DNA of 64,000 bases, taken from the sequence record PZ402305.1; one strand, 5' to 3'. The position numbers were made by a program, and so were the translations under genes. The DNA is from a phage. Position 1 is the first letter of the stretch, and every line of letters begins with the position of its first letter. This document shows positions 28,437 through 38,884 of this stretch, one piece after another. The notes beneath the pieces are model-generated. The model was not told where the DNA came from. It saw nothing but the letters and a program-made list of their open reading frames with translations, and did not search any database.

Positions 28437-29085
28437 TTACAATTTCTCCTCTTTTAAGTTTCTCTAGTAAGTCGTTAGGGTTCTTAATATGACAGAAGTT
28501 AAACCCTAAGTCAACACATTTTCCATCATATTCTTCACTATCGCCTACGTGCAACACTTCGTGCCCTAACAGAGGGATCGGAGAATACGTGAGCGTGCGA
28601 GCAAAGAATCGCGGATCTGGTTTACAAAGTAAAGCTTCATCCGAGAAATGGGTGAACTCAAAACAATTCCAACTATCAAACTTACAAGCACGACGCAGAA
28701 TATCCCCTGATATGAAGTTGGTATTGCTCTTAATACTCAAATCATAACGCCCAGAAAGATACAGCAAGTACATCGGCAGATCTACGGCTACGTGTGGTGG
28801 AAACTTAAGAAACCACTGTTCACACTCGAAACGAAGCTTTGCAGACTTCCAAGGCGTTATCCCAAGTTCAGAACCAAGTCTTTCCCAGGCGTATGCTGCA
28901 CACTCGGCTTTGCCTTGAAGTGCTGCATTATCCAGTTCCTTTTTGATCTTTTTATAAGCTGCTCTTGCTTCAACTTCCGTAATATCTCCATATTTTGCGA
29001 TAGTCCAGGCTCGCATGTCTGCGTAATTGGAGTTTGCTGTGATCAGTGTGTTCCATACATCAAAAGAGATATGTTTAATAGTCAT
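28429..29085 (-). CDS. HAD-superfamily-like hydrolase
   Basis: N-terminal ISFDVWNTL (HAD motif I-like, variant) and C-terminal VGDSEEYDG (motif IV-like). Confidence 0.4.
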   Translation of the reverse strand: MTIKHISFDVWNTLITANSNYADMRAWTIAKYGDITEVEARAAYKKIKKELDNAALQGKAECAAYAWERLGSELGITPWKSAKLRFECEQWFLKFPPHVAVDLPMYLLYLSGRYDLSIKSNTNFISGDILRRACKFDSWNCFEFTHFSDEALLCKPDPRFFARTLTYSPIPLLGHEVLHVGDSEEYDGKCVDLGFNFCHIKNPNDLLEKLKRGEIVNA

Positions 29086-29086
29086 A

Positions 29087-29692
29087 TTAAGCCCACCATG
29101 CGTCTAAGTTAAGATTACTGTCCACTACCACTTGTTCTATGTGGTAGCCTTTTATCTGTATCCCACTGTTCAAGAGCATATCATACGCTTCATTGAAACG
29201 CAACTTATCTTCTGCGGAATATAAGCGAGCATTATAAAATCGGTAATCAATTTCTTCAGCATTAGAAGAAATACGGAAGAAGTTTGTTTCTACTTCGGGA
29301 TCACTTGCTGAAGTCTTAATGTGAACTTCTCCATAATTTTCTTTACTTAGATCCATGAAAAGAACACAGGCAACATGTTTAAACATTCGTTCCAGTTTGT
29401 AACGAACAACATTGAAACCTGCATTCTCAAGTTTTTCTACACACTGCAACATTAAAGTAGTGTCGAGATCGCTTTGATACTTTGTTAACATACGATCACG
29501 TTGAGACTTTGTATCCCGATGTAAATCAATTGTTGTGCATTTGGCACCAATAATCTTAGCTGCTTTCATCAACTCTTCAGAACTAACGTTAGATAAAGTA
29601 AGATGAAAATGGGCTTTCCACACTTTTTTAGCAGGGACACCAAAAGATTTATCCCCACTATTCGGCATGTTGACTACTACACTATGTTGCAT
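29087..29692 (-). CDS. hypothetical protein
   Basis: 201 aa ORF adjacent to HAD/PRTase genes. Confidence 0.5.
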   Translation of the reverse strand: MQHSVVVNMPNSGDKSFGVPAKKVWKAHFHLTLSNVSSEELMKAAKIIGAKCTTIDLHRDTKSQRDRMLTKYQSDLDTTLMLQCVEKLENAGFNVVRYKLERMFKHVACVLFMDLSKENYGEVHIKTSASDPEVETNFFRISSNAEEIDYRFYNARLYSAEDKLRFNEAYDMLLNSGIQIKGYHIEQVVVDSNLNLDAWWA

Positions 29693-29707
29693 TACTTATC
29701 TCCTCAC

Positions 29708-29932
29708 TTAAAATGGAAGTCTTTGAAGTTCATCTCCTCCGATATCAAGTAATTTAGCAACATCTCGATCAGAAAGCAACTCTTTTCTTTGTAAAATATC
29801 CACAAGGGTTGCAAGAATGTCCTTAACGTCCCGATCACTGTTCTTCAAAAGTTCTCCTGCCGTCCCTACTCTATCTCCTACAGCAAAATATGTAACCATG
29901 AAACCTCCTAAGTTAATCTGATTGCCAACCAC
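29708..29932 (-). CDS. hypothetical protein
   Basis: 74 aa ORF. Confidence 0.4.
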   Translation of the reverse strand: MVGNQINLGGFMVTYFAVGDRVGTAGELLKNSDRDVKDILATLVDILQRKELLSDRDVAKLLDIGGDELQRLPF

Positions 29933-30383
29933 TTGCCGTTTTGGTCCATAATCTTTGATTATCTGACCCTCTGAAAGGTTTTGTAGTTGGATTGTTTATT
30001 TCATACTTTCCGTCTACAATAATGTCAACAAGATTTTTAATATACAAAGGCACTTCCTCAAAAGTATATCCTGTATACACCATTATATCTTTGCTTGACC
30101 CATAAACATCTCTAACCTTTTCTATAAGGTTTTTAACATTGTAAATATTCTGCGGATCTAATGGCTCTCCTCCTAAAATTGTTAAACCTTTTACAAACGG
30201 TCTTGACAAATCTTTTAAAACTTGCTCTACATTTTCGTGAGTAAACGGTTTCCCATAAGAATAAGACCAGGCTTTTTGGTTAAAACAGCCACGACAACCG
30301 TGGCTACAACCACTAACCCAGAGTGAGCACCTAACTCCCTCGCCATTAATAAGATCTACAGGTTCATATCCTGCAAAATTCAA
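29913..30383 (-). CDS. nrdG: anaerobic ribonucleotide reductase activating protein (radical SAM)
   Basis: CSHGCRGCFN (CxxxCxxC radical-SAM cluster motif) near N-terminus; 156 aa; directly downstream of nrdD. Confidence 0.8.
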   Translation of the reverse strand: MNFAGYEPVDLINGEGVRCSLWVSGCSHGCRGCFNQKAWSYSYGKPFTHENVEQVLKDLSRPFVKGLTILGGEPLDPQNIYNVKNLIEKVRDVYGSSKDIMVYTGYTFEEVPLYIKNLVDIIVDGKYEINNPTTKPFRGSDNQRLWTKTASGWQSD

Positions 30384-32194
30384 AGATGTTTCTCCCTTTG
30401 CAAAACTTCCTGCATTTTACCTTTGTTGTAAGGGCGTGAATTAGGGGCAGAAAGATACCCTGACACACGTCTAACTACAGAAATAGTTTCTTCTTCATGG
30501 TTGCCACAATCAGGACACTCAAACCCTTTAGCCGTTGCCTTAAATTCTCCATGAAAACCACACTTAAAGCATTGATCCACGGGCTGATTAATACCAAAAT
30601 AGTGAATATGTTCATAAGCGTAGTCTACTAAAGTCTCCAAAGCTTCTAAGTTATTCTTTAAGTTTGGTGTTTCGACATAACTTATGTTACCACCATTACT
30701 AATCTGTGCAAAACCTGCTTCATAATCCCATTTTTCAAAAGGATTTGTTACCAGCCATACAGGTTGATGAAAAGAGTTAGTAAGATAGTCTCTTTCTACC
30801 AAACCTGGGTATTTTTCATTTAAAGCTGTTGCAAACTTATAGCACAAGGATTCTGCTGGAGTTCCATAGAGACTAAACGCCAGCTTAGATCGTTCTTTAA
30901 ACACAGCACACACATCTTTCATATGTTGCAGAATGCTTTTACCAAGTTCCTTTTTATCTTTTTCTTCTGGATAAAGGATTTCCAAAGCTTCGGCAAGACC
31001 TACATAACCAATACTAATAGAAGCATAACCACCTTCAAACAAAACACCAATTTCATCATTGGCATTTAAACGCGCTAAAGCCCCTTCCATGAAAAGAATA
31101 GGGTTTTCAGATGCTTTGGTATGTCTGATACGGTTTACACGTAGCATGTGAGCATCATAGGCTATCTCCATATGTTTATTAAGAAGATCGGTGAAAGATT
31201 CTCCTTTACTTCTCGCTTCCGCAGCGATCAGAGGTAAGTTGATAGAAACTACTCCAAGGTTGAATCGTCCATCGTATTTTTCTCCTTGTTCGGTGGCATA
31301 GTACGACAAAAAGGAACGACAACCCATACTCGTAACAGTACCATCTGCTGATCCCGTAACTTCTTTGTTCAAAGGAACAGAAATAAAATCTGGATAAATA
31401 CGATCAGCACAACATGCCAAAGCTTGTTGCTTAAGATCATAGTTAGGATCACTAGGTTTCATGTTAACACCTTCTTGTAAAAAGAAAATAACTTTAGGGA
31501 ATACAGGCGTTACATGATCTTTGCCTAGACCGTTACTATGCACTTTAAGATAGTTGGCTGTGATCATTCTGCCAAAAACAGAGGTATCCAGACCCATACT
31601 GATTGTAATAAAAGGAGATTGTCCATTAACACTCATTAAAGTATTAACCTGATACAAGAGAGTTTGCATAGCATCGTATACATCTTGTTCGGTCATTTCT
31701 AGGGCTTCTTTCCTTGCATAACAACCGTAGCGACGTTTGGTTATCTCCATGTTTTTAAGGAAACTAGCTTCAACATAAGGACTAAGACCTTTATCAATGT
31801 GCGCACACGTCTGACCTCCATACTGACTGGAGGCAACAGCTTGGATGATTTGAGTTAGCACTGTGGTAGCTACTCCAATAGATTTTGGTTTTTCTATCTG
31901 TGCAGCACCGATCTTAAAACCATTTTCTAACATATCTTGATAATTAACAAGACAACAGTTTGTAAGAGGAGAGAGCAGATAATCCAAGTCGTGAATATGT
32001 CCAAAACCTTCTGTATGCCATTCTGACAAGCTTTTTGGCAGTATCTGTGTCATTGCCATGTGTTTGCTTAAAATCCCCGCCAAGAGATCCCTGTGCGTGT
32101 TAACGAGGTGGGAAGGTTTGTTTGCATTCTCTCTAGTGTATGTTTCTGAAGTGCGATCTAAAAAAGAAAAAACATCTTGGTACAAATCTTTCAT
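30380..32194 (-). CDS. nrdD: anaerobic ribonucleoside-triphosphate reductase (class III)
   Basis: 604 aa; C-terminal zinc ribbon CFKCG...CPDCG and glycyl-radical motif RRVSGYL. Confidence 0.85.
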   Translation of the reverse strand: MKDLYQDVFSFLDRTSETYTRENANKPSHLVNTHRDLLAGILSKHMAMTQILPKSLSEWHTEGFGHIHDLDYLLSPLTNCCLVNYQDMLENGFKIGAAQIEKPKSIGVATTVLTQIIQAVASSQYGGQTCAHIDKGLSPYVEASFLKNMEITKRRYGCYARKEALEMTEQDVYDAMQTLLYQVNTLMSVNGQSPFITISMGLDTSVFGRMITANYLKVHSNGLGKDHVTPVFPKVIFFLQEGVNMKPSDPNYDLKQQALACCADRIYPDFISVPLNKEVTGSADGTVTSMGCRSFLSYYATEQGEKYDGRFNLGVVSINLPLIAAEARSKGESFTDLLNKHMEIAYDAHMLRVNRIRHTKASENPILFMEGALARLNANDEIGVLFEGGYASISIGYVGLAEALEILYPEEKDKKELGKSILQHMKDVCAVFKERSKLAFSLYGTPAESLCYKFATALNEKYPGLVERDYLTNSFHQPVWLVTNPFEKWDYEAGFAQISNGGNISYVETPNLKNNLEALETLVDYAYEHIHYFGINQPVDQCFKCGFHGEFKATAKGFECPDCGNHEEETISVVRRVSGYLSAPNSRPYNKGKMQEVLQREKHL

Positions 32195-32294
32195 TATTAA
32201 TCCTTATTTTGTGAGTAGAACTATTATTCTACCTCTTCTAACCGAAAAAAGCTTTGAGGAAAATCAAAAAAGGCGCAAAGTGCGCCTTTAAGTT

Positions 32295-33683
32295 TTATCG
32301 TTTGGAGAGGAATTGTCTTCCCATGATCTTACCGTTCTTTACAGCGGTCCCATCGTGTCCATTATAATCCCAAGTTCCATCAATGTTACGCAAGAAGCTA
32401 TCACGAACAGTGTAGGCTTTACCGTTCTCTACTTTACTTTCTTCAACAATGATTGCCATAACAAGCTTATTTTCAATTTCGGTAGTAACCGATTCTTTAA
32501 TACCCTCTGTAACTTCACGATCATATTGGATATAAACTCGCTCCTCGGTCACTTGCACGTCTACCACATTTTTAAATGTGTATGTCTGCTGTGTAGTGTA
32601 AAGGACACGAACAACACTCTTCTTACCTACTGGCGGCTTCTTACGAGGCTTACGGTAACGTGGTTTAGGGTTGTTAGTTGGAAGCCAACCAACAATATCC
32701 CGATCATATCCAACATGACCCCAAGTGAAATGCGTAGCCGATCCACTATCCGTAGTTCCGTCACGAAAGAGAACTTCTACGTGACCACCACAAGGGCGGT
32801 GTCCACCATTATTATAGTTGTATTTTGCCGTGCGCGGGAGAATGAAGTATTCTTTAATCGCCCACTCTTCCAGATTGTCGATATTCCAAGTGAATACTGT
32901 TCCCTTAGCAACATCTGTTTGACCATTGTTGAAGCGAACCTGCACGAAATCTTCTGAAGGCATAACACCTGTGTTCGGCAGATATTCAAATGCAGTATCT
33001 TCCGCTACAAACTGTTCTTCCTCTTGCTCCTCAATACTTGGCACAGGCGCAGCTTCATCGTATTTCGCAGCAAACATATTTTTAAATTCTTGGGCCGTGA
33101 CTTCTACAAGGCCGCGATCACCAGTAGCAGCAGAGTGTGGGCGTGGTAAATCCCCAACTTCAATATGCATTGCATCTAAACCTGCTTGACGATCAAAGAA
33201 GATAACCTTGCGGAATTGTTTATCTTTATATTGTGGTAGTTCATACATACTTGGGTCGATTGTCTTTAAACGTTCAGCATCTTCTGGCTTCCAGAAGCTT
33301 TTACCTGTTGCAAATCTAAAGTCTACCAGTAGTTTAACAACATCTCCTAATGATAAACTATCTGCATCTACGAAAACGTCTTCGATTCCCAATAACCCTG
33401 ATTTCTTAAGAATCAGATCTAACATGTAACCTCCTGTGGTTTGTTCTGCGTCTGGATAACGATCAACACTGGTGCTGGTTACACCGTTTATTTCACCAGT
33501 GGAGGCATTGTAGGAAATATATGGGAAGGTCATATCGTTCATTGCAAAATCACCTGAACAGGTTGGATCATCTTCTCCCTCCCAGCCATACACCTTCACA
33601 ATACCTTCACACAATTTGTCATACACACCAGCGCGACGTGCTGCTTCAGCAACTTCCTGTTTACGGGCAAATTTATTAATCAT
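32295..33683 (-). CDS. hypothetical protein
   Basis: ORF track 32295..33713; ATG at 33683 has perfect AGGAGG RBS and overlaps upstream stop (ATGATTAA). Confidence 0.5.
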   Translation of the reverse strand: MINKFARKQEVAEAARRAGVYDKLCEGIVKVYGWEGEDDPTCSGDFAMNDMTFPYISYNASTGEINGVTSTSVDRYPDAEQTTGGYMLDLILKKSGLLGIEDVFVDADSLSLGDVVKLLVDFRFATGKSFWKPEDAERLKTIDPSMYELPQYKDKQFRKVIFFDRQAGLDAMHIEVGDLPRPHSAATGDRGLVEVTAQEFKNMFAAKYDEAAPVPSIEEQEEEQFVAEDTAFEYLPNTGVMPSEDFVQVRFNNGQTDVAKGTVFTWNIDNLEEWAIKEYFILPRTAKYNYNNGGHRPCGGHVEVLFRDGTTDSGSATHFTWGHVGYDRDIVGWLPTNNPKPRYRKPRKKPPVGKKSVVRVLYTTQQTYTFKNVVDVQVTEERVYIQYDREVTEGIKESVTTEIENKLVMAIIVEESKVENGKAYTVRDSFLRNIDGTWDYNGHDGTAVKNGKIMGRQFLSKR

Positions 33684-34233
33684 GATTCCTCCTGTTAATT
33701 GCCATAGATGCACGAGGTTCGGCTATGGCTGTTGCATAAATATATGGATGACCTTGTGGGGACAATCTTGTTCCGAATGACCCTAATTCTAAACCATTCA
33801 TGTCTTCCACGTCAAGCCCTATTTCTGTTTCTACAATTCTTGTTTGGACTTTGTAGTAGGTCCAGAAGAAGTATCGCATTTCTTCGGCATACTCTTTCAC
33901 TTCACCAAAGCTGGGATAGAACTCAATCAACTCCAGTTTCAAGAAGATGTTGAAGTGAGAATCATCCAACACTTCCTCTGTGCGGTAACATGGTGTCAGG
34001 GCCATGTAGGGATGACCAGCGATAAACTCGTAGCCATCCTTTTCCATTTGCAAGAATGATTGCTCGGCACTGGCAACATAAAACTTCCCATTAGGATGCC
34101 CCAAAGGAGCATCTTCTTTGCCAGGTGGCAGTGTGAATGCCAAAATATCTGCATCCACTAAATAAGGAACATCTAACATTTCAGCAAAGCGTCCATAACT
34201 CTGGATGGCTTCGGCAATCACACCTGTGTTCAT
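33676..34233 (-). CDS. hypothetical protein
   Basis: 185 aa ORF; no confident family. Confidence 0.5.
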   Translation of the reverse strand: MNTGVIAEAIQSYGRFAEMLDVPYLVDADILAFTLPPGKEDAPLGHPNGKFYVASAEQSFLQMEKDGYEFIAGHPYMALTPCYRTEEVLDDSHFNIFLKLELIEFYPSFGEVKEYAEEMRYFFWTYYKVQTRIVETEIGLDVEDMNGLELGSFGTRLSPQGHPYIYATAIAEPRASMAINRRNHD

Positions 34234-34481
34234 GACCTTCCTCCTGTGCGAAACGCACGTTTAGTAATGTTTGACATAATGATCAAATCTTGTAAAGTCA
34301 TATCTGGGAACTGTTGTTCTAAAACTCCCTCGACAGCACCTATAATATCTGACAATTCAACAAGTTGCATTATTTTGCAATCCTGCTCAACAGCATCAAA
34401 AAGTTCTTCTACTTCCTCTTTAATCTTTTCTATGCTGCCATAAGGTTGTTTCTTAATGTCTGTTATGTGATACCCCGCCAT
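34230..34481 (-). CDS. hypothetical protein
   Basis: 83 aa ORF. Confidence 0.4.
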   Translation of the reverse strand: MAGYHITDIKKQPYGSIEKIKEEVEELFDAVEQDCKIMQLVELSDIIGAVEGVLEQQFPDMTLQDLIIMSNITKRAFRTGGRS

Positions 34482-36074
34482 TTAACGATCCTCTCTGATT
34501 TGATTAATCTTACGAGCAAGGGCAGCTATAAGCTTATCTTCTTCGGATACAGGAGCCGTGCTCTTACCTAAACGATGCATGTCTAAAATCTCTTGAACAG
34601 TCCGGTTCCATTGCAGACATTTAATACAACGTGTATGTGCAACATACAGAAGATTTCGTTCTGATTCTTCAAGACCTACCCACTCACCCTTCTTATCATA
34701 ATTGGAAGGGAAGTCATTTGCAACAATAACCTGATCCCACTCCAAACCTTTTGATTTGTGGGCTGTAGTTAAAGTAACTTTAGCCGTTGGAGAGTTACGG
34801 TGCATACGTAAAGTATATGCAATATTATTAGCTTTACCAGAAACAACAATGTTTAAAAGTCGTTTTGCATCAGGATCTGATTCTGCACACTCTACAAATT
34901 CTTCCCAAGAAGTGTAAGGGAGAACTGTCTCATGCTTAACTTTGTCCAAATCACCTCTACGTAAAGCATTAACACTATCAACCATAGAAATGAAATCTTT
35001 GGTATCTACGTTAATAATAATCTCTTCTCCGTTAGCGATTCGGTCCATAGCTTCGAGCAACAGAGTCAAATTCTTACGGAAAATAATGGTGTAAGGTTTA
35101 CTATAATCTACCACATCAGAATGAAAACTTCCAGTGACAGTATCATAACCTTTGCCTACCAGCGGATGCTTCAGAGGTGAACGATCAGAAAGGATCGCAT
35201 TAGCAATTTCCGCAACTTTAGGACCAAAGCGAAAACAAGCTGTCAGAGGCAACTCAACCCCATATGTAGCCGTTTGCTTCATCATGTTCTGGCTTCCACG
35301 GAACTGATAAATACTCTGAAATTCATCACCCACAACAACAATACGTTTAGCCGATTTAGCATTGCGAAGGATAGACAGGAATGCAGGGTTAACATCCTGG
35401 AATTCATCTCCAAAAATAATATCGTATCCTAAGTCTTCTTTGCTCAATTCAAAGAGTTTCACATAGGTGTCATGAGTCATAATGGTTTCTGATTTAGGAT
35501 CAATACGCTCACGCCAAAGTTGCTTTGCATATTTAACAACTTCGTTAATAAGTTTTTGTTCGTTGATGTTCTTACGTTTAAGATCTGACATATGCACTTT
35601 AGGAAAATGTTTATGTCCAATATGTTCATCGTCAGAAAACTCGTATTTAGCTAGAGTTTGTTTTACCATTAACCCGATCATTGCACGAGTCAGTAGCACT
35701 TTACCATTCTTATCGATCAAGTTTTGAATCTTGAATTTCTTGGCAATCTCACTACCAGTTCCAGCTACGTTAACATATTGACCTTCTGGACGAGATAATT
35801 TGTGTCGAAGGTTTTGTGGAAGACGCTGGTAACAGATTGAATGTAGCGTTCGGCACATAACGTTAGGCGGCATTTTACGTCGAGCTTCCTCTGCCATACT
35901 TTTGTTAAATGCCAAATATAGAATACTATCATTTGTGCCATTAGCCAACATATACAGTGTTGACGTTTTACCTGATCCAGATTTAGCTTGAATTGTAACG
36001 AAACGATTTTCTTTATACCCGCTTTCAATAGCGTATTGTTCATCAGTAGGTGTAAAACTCAATTGTGTAGACAC
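34482..36074 (-). CDS. SF1 DNA helicase, UvrD/Rep-like
   Basis: Walker A AKSGSGKTS; motif VVVGDEFQSIYQFRGS (UvrD motif III GDxxQxIYxFRGA). Confidence 0.75.
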   Translation of the reverse strand: MSTQLSFTPTDEQYAIESGYKENRFVTIQAKSGSGKTSTLYMLANGTNDSILYLAFNKSMAEEARRKMPPNVMCRTLHSICYQRLPQNLRHKLSRPEGQYVNVAGTGSEIAKKFKIQNLIDKNGKVLLTRAMIGLMVKQTLAKYEFSDDEHIGHKHFPKVHMSDLKRKNINEQKLINEVVKYAKQLWRERIDPKSETIMTHDTYVKLFELSKEDLGYDIIFGDEFQDVNPAFLSILRNAKSAKRIVVVGDEFQSIYQFRGSQNMMKQTATYGVELPLTACFRFGPKVAEIANAILSDRSPLKHPLVGKGYDTVTGSFHSDVVDYSKPYTIIFRKNLTLLLEAMDRIANGEEIIINVDTKDFISMVDSVNALRRGDLDKVKHETVLPYTSWEEFVECAESDPDAKRLLNIVVSGKANNIAYTLRMHRNSPTAKVTLTTAHKSKGLEWDQVIVANDFPSNYDKKGEWVGLEESERNLLYVAHTRCIKCLQWNRTVQEILDMHRLGKSTAPVSEEDKLIAALARKINQIREDR

Positions 36075-36088
36075 GTATTTCTCCTCTC

Positions 36089-36604
36089 TTAATAAAAACT
36101 CTTGACAATCCTCATCATTTCCTTAGCTCTGCTGGCGTAAGGTTCTTTTAGATTAGGTGGCAAATGTGCATTAATGTACCCCATTTGTTTTTCCCATGTC
36201 CACTTATCTTTAAATCTTGGCATGGTGTCTCCTGCTAAACTGTTTTCTTTTCGTGTTTGAATAATCCAATTACATGGAAAATGCACACCACCTTTACGGA
36301 AGGGAATATAATGTCCCAATGTGAATGCCTTATTGTTCTTTAAACGTCCAGCTAAATTAAGATTAACAATAAGACTACGAAACACGTAGTATTGATAAAG
36401 ATTGTCAACAGTATATACAGAGTAGTATGCTCTAAGTGCATTATCTCGACTAAGATTACCAACATCCAAACTACACCAGTTTAAATTACTTGGATCATAG
36501 TTGTGATTATCAATCCATTCTTCTCTTTCCTCAAATTCTGCATTAACAGCAGATTGCCCTGCTGTAGATACAAAAAGAGAATTTGCATCAAAGAACATAC
36601 TCAC
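36089..36604 (-). CDS. hypothetical protein
   Basis: 171 aa ORF. Confidence 0.5.
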   Translation of the reverse strand: MSMFFDANSLFVSTAGQSAVNAEFEEREEWIDNHNYDPSNLNWCSLDVGNLSRDNALRAYYSVYTVDNLYQYYVFRSLIVNLNLAGRLKNNKAFTLGHYIPFRKGGVHFPCNWIIQTRKENSLAGDTMPRFKDKWTWEKQMGYINAHLPPNLKEPYASRAKEMMRIVKSFY

Positions 36605-36612
36605 TCCCTCCT

Positions 36613-36966
36613 TTAGTTTACATCGTTTAAAGCATTACCAATCTTTAAGATAATAACATCGTTAAGAGCTTCTTCTCCATTAAGGCCAGAGAAAGCAGGA
36701 GTAACGAAAGTTACCATGTAATAATGGTCTTCTTGTAGGATTGCGATAACGCCGTCTAGTTTAACATCTCCTGTGAAACGAAAAACTTTCAACTTTTGTT
36801 CTAAAGGAAGATCTCCTTCAACATTTAAAACCATATCTCCGACACCAAACTTTTCTGCCCCGATGTAGATGTAAGCTTGGTCCTCTTTTTTATGATAATA
36901 CAGTGTTGCTTGTTTGTCTTGTAGTGTTGTGATACCAAACACATCCACATCAATAATATTTTTCAA
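36613..36966 (-). CDS. hypothetical protein (probable TTG start)
   Basis: ORF track 36613..37023 overlaps upstream gene by 61 nt; TTG at 36966 preceded by GGGAGGAG RBS removes overlap. Confidence 0.35.
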   Translation of the reverse strand: MKNIIDVDVFGITTLQDKQATLYYHKKEDQAYIYIGAEKFGVGDMVLNVEGDLPLEQKLKVFRFTGDVKLDGVIAILQEDHYYMVTFVTPAFSGLNGEEALNDVIILKIGNALNDVN

Positions 36967-37331
36967 AAATTCTCCTCCCAAATCCAATAATTGTCTACAT
37001 AAGTAGGATGCCTTTTGTCCCACTCTTTTCTAGCCCAAGCTACGGCTGCTACCAATACATCTCCATGACAAGGTTGAGGTGAGCAGAAGCAAACTAAATC
37101 TTTCCCTTCTAACTCTAATAAATCTTCAAGAGTGATCTTACCACAACGAATTTGCTCCCACAACCACTCTTTATACCTTTGTATAGTTGATCCTCGTGGT
37201 TCATCATCTTTTAACTTAAAAGGGTTTGCAAACTTGGAGGCTTTTAGCCCCATGTGTGGCATTGCTCTACCAATATAAACAGCACCTTCTGGGATTGTTT
37301 TGCCTAAATGGTAAAAGTTTAATACCTTCAT
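36963..37331 (-). CDS. DUF4326-like protein
   Basis: 122 aa; CFCSPQPCHGDVL segment resembles DUF4326 family common in phages. Confidence 0.4.
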   Translation of the reverse strand: MKVLNFYHLGKTIPEGAVYIGRAMPHMGLKASKFANPFKLKDDEPRGSTIQRYKEWLWEQIRCGKITLEDLLELEGKDLVCFCSPQPCHGDVLVAAVAWARKEWDKRHPTYVDNYWIWEENF

Positions 37332-37332
37332 A

Positions 37333-37695
37333 TTAACCTAAACACATACGTGCGATCAGACCCTGGATGAGCTTATCTGCTTCTTCACGATCATAGTCGG
37401 TATCTTCTATACCACCATCTTCGTCACGATAAACTTTACCTTCCAGGTACCCAGCATCGATCAAACCAATAATCAAATCGAACTGCCAGCAAGAGTTACC
37501 GAAAGGGCGTTTTCCACTGAAACTATCTTCTTCTTCCCAAAGCGTAGAGAGCAGTCGTCTGAAATATTCACGTACAGTAACAGTGCCAAGATCATCGTCT
37601 TCAAAAACAACATCTAAAGCATCTGGTTCAGCTTTCTCTACAACAGGCACATAACGTTGACCATTAATAACAACATCTACGATTGTTTCTCTCAT
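37333..37695 (-). CDS. hypothetical protein
   Basis: 120 aa acidic ORF. Confidence 0.5.
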   Translation of the reverse strand: MRETIVDVVINGQRYVPVVEKAEPDALDVVFEDDDLGTVTVREYFRRLLSTLWEEEDSFSGKRPFGNSCWQFDLIIGLIDAGYLEGKVYRDEDGGIEDTDYDREEADKLIQGLIARMCLG

Positions 37696-38054
37696 TTTTC
37701 CTCCTTTTTGTATTCAATGAACATATCTGCATAGTAAGCTTTACGTTCTTCAAATTTAGCAGGGTTTACCACAATGAACAACACCTTTCTGTTGTCTTGT
37801 GGTTCTTTGACTGTAATATATAAATCTTTTGTGCAATAGAAACCTGTGGCTTTGTAAGCGTCACCCCAATTATCCACTCCACGATCTATACGATCAAACT
37901 TACAGTTATACTTTTTATCATCCACCTGGTAGACAGCTTCACCACCATACCAAGTGAAGAATTGGCTACCTTCCACCCCAATCTTGAAACCATCACGGGC
38001 GGCTGTAGCATTGGTGGCAATCATCAACATCAGGACACAAAGTAGCCTTTTCAT
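37692..38054 (-). CDS. secreted hypothetical protein
   Basis: Signal peptide MKRLLCVLMLMIATNATAA. Confidence 0.5.
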   Translation of the reverse strand: MKRLLCVLMLMIATNATAARDGFKIGVEGSQFFTWYGGEAVYQVDDKKYNCKFDRIDRGVDNWGDAYKATGFYCTKDLYITVKEPQDNRKVLFIVVNPAKFEERKAYYADMFIEYKKEEK

Positions 38055-38360
38055 TTAGAATTCCTCTTCAGTCTTCTGTCGGTTTTTGAAGAATACTACG
38101 TCATATACCTCTCCGTAACCATCATTTACACAGAACATAATAAAACGATCATCTTCTGCTGTTGGTGCGCGATGTTCAAGTTCAAAACTTTCAATAAAAC
38201 CGCGTGAATTTACGTAGTAGATTTCATCCTCACCAGAGAACATCCAATCCCTGTCTATCAGATGGAAAGCTAAACTCACAGGCGACAACTCATCCTTCAC
38301 AGAATCATTGTACAGCATGTGGGCTGCAACTGCCAAACTTAAAGTCGTATTGTGCCGCAT
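38055..38360 (-). CDS. hypothetical protein, tandem paralog A
   Basis: Shares LSLAV..H..Y...VKD...P...F....G......E.YF....G......Y..ELE(H/Y)RAP..EDD..IM(F/Y).VN(D/N)G.GE...VVF with 38360..38671. Confidence 0.5.
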   Translation of the reverse strand: MRHNTTLSLAVAAHMLYNDSVKDELSPVSLAFHLIDRDWMFSGEDEIYYVNSRGFIESFELEHRAPTAEDDRFIMFCVNDGYGEVYDVVFFKNRQKTEEEF

Positions 38361-38671
38361 TACATTTCCTCGTCGGACTTCAAGGCTTTAGAGAATACTA
38401 CATTAAACGTTTCACCGCAACCATTATTAACATAATACATGATGTAATTATCATCTTCGTCTACAGGCGCACGATACTCCAATTCATAACTATACAAATT
38501 AGAATTACTTGTGCAACCTTGTGGATACCAAAAGTAAAGTTCACCACAAGATTCTACCCACTTAAGACCGGTCCGATCTTCAAATACTAATGTAGATGGA
38601 TTTTCTGAATCTTTTACAGCTTCTTCGTAATACTGGTGCACCGTAACTGCTAATGATAATGTACTCATCAC
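38360..38671 (-). CDS. hypothetical protein, tandem paralog B
   Basis: Paralog of 38055..38360. Confidence 0.5.
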   Translation of the reverse strand: MMSTLSLAVTVHQYYEEAVKDSENPSTLVFEDRTGLKWVESCGELYFWYPQGCTSNSNLYSYELEYRAPVDEDDNYIMYYVNNGCGETFNVVFSKALKSDEEM

Positions 38672-38884
38672 GCCTCCAAATAGTGTTTACAAATGACAAA
38701 ACGCCATGTTTGTTTGTAATAGTCTCTTTTTTCAAGAGCCTCTTTGTAAGAGGGTATACGTTGCGACAGAAGCATCCATTCACAATCTGCACCCATTCTT
38801 CCATAAAGCGCGTAACGGATGTTACTTTGTTTATCTCCCATAAACGCCTCCTTAATCTTGTTTACAAGTATACCCTCTAATTAG

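Noticed and set aside
33676-34233. Class II aminoacyl-tRNA-synthetase-like ligase assignment for the 185 aa protein (YRTEE and GLELGSFGTR resemble motifs 2 and 3)
   Set aside because: Protein too short for the fold and the resemblance rests on two short patterns; left as hypothetical.
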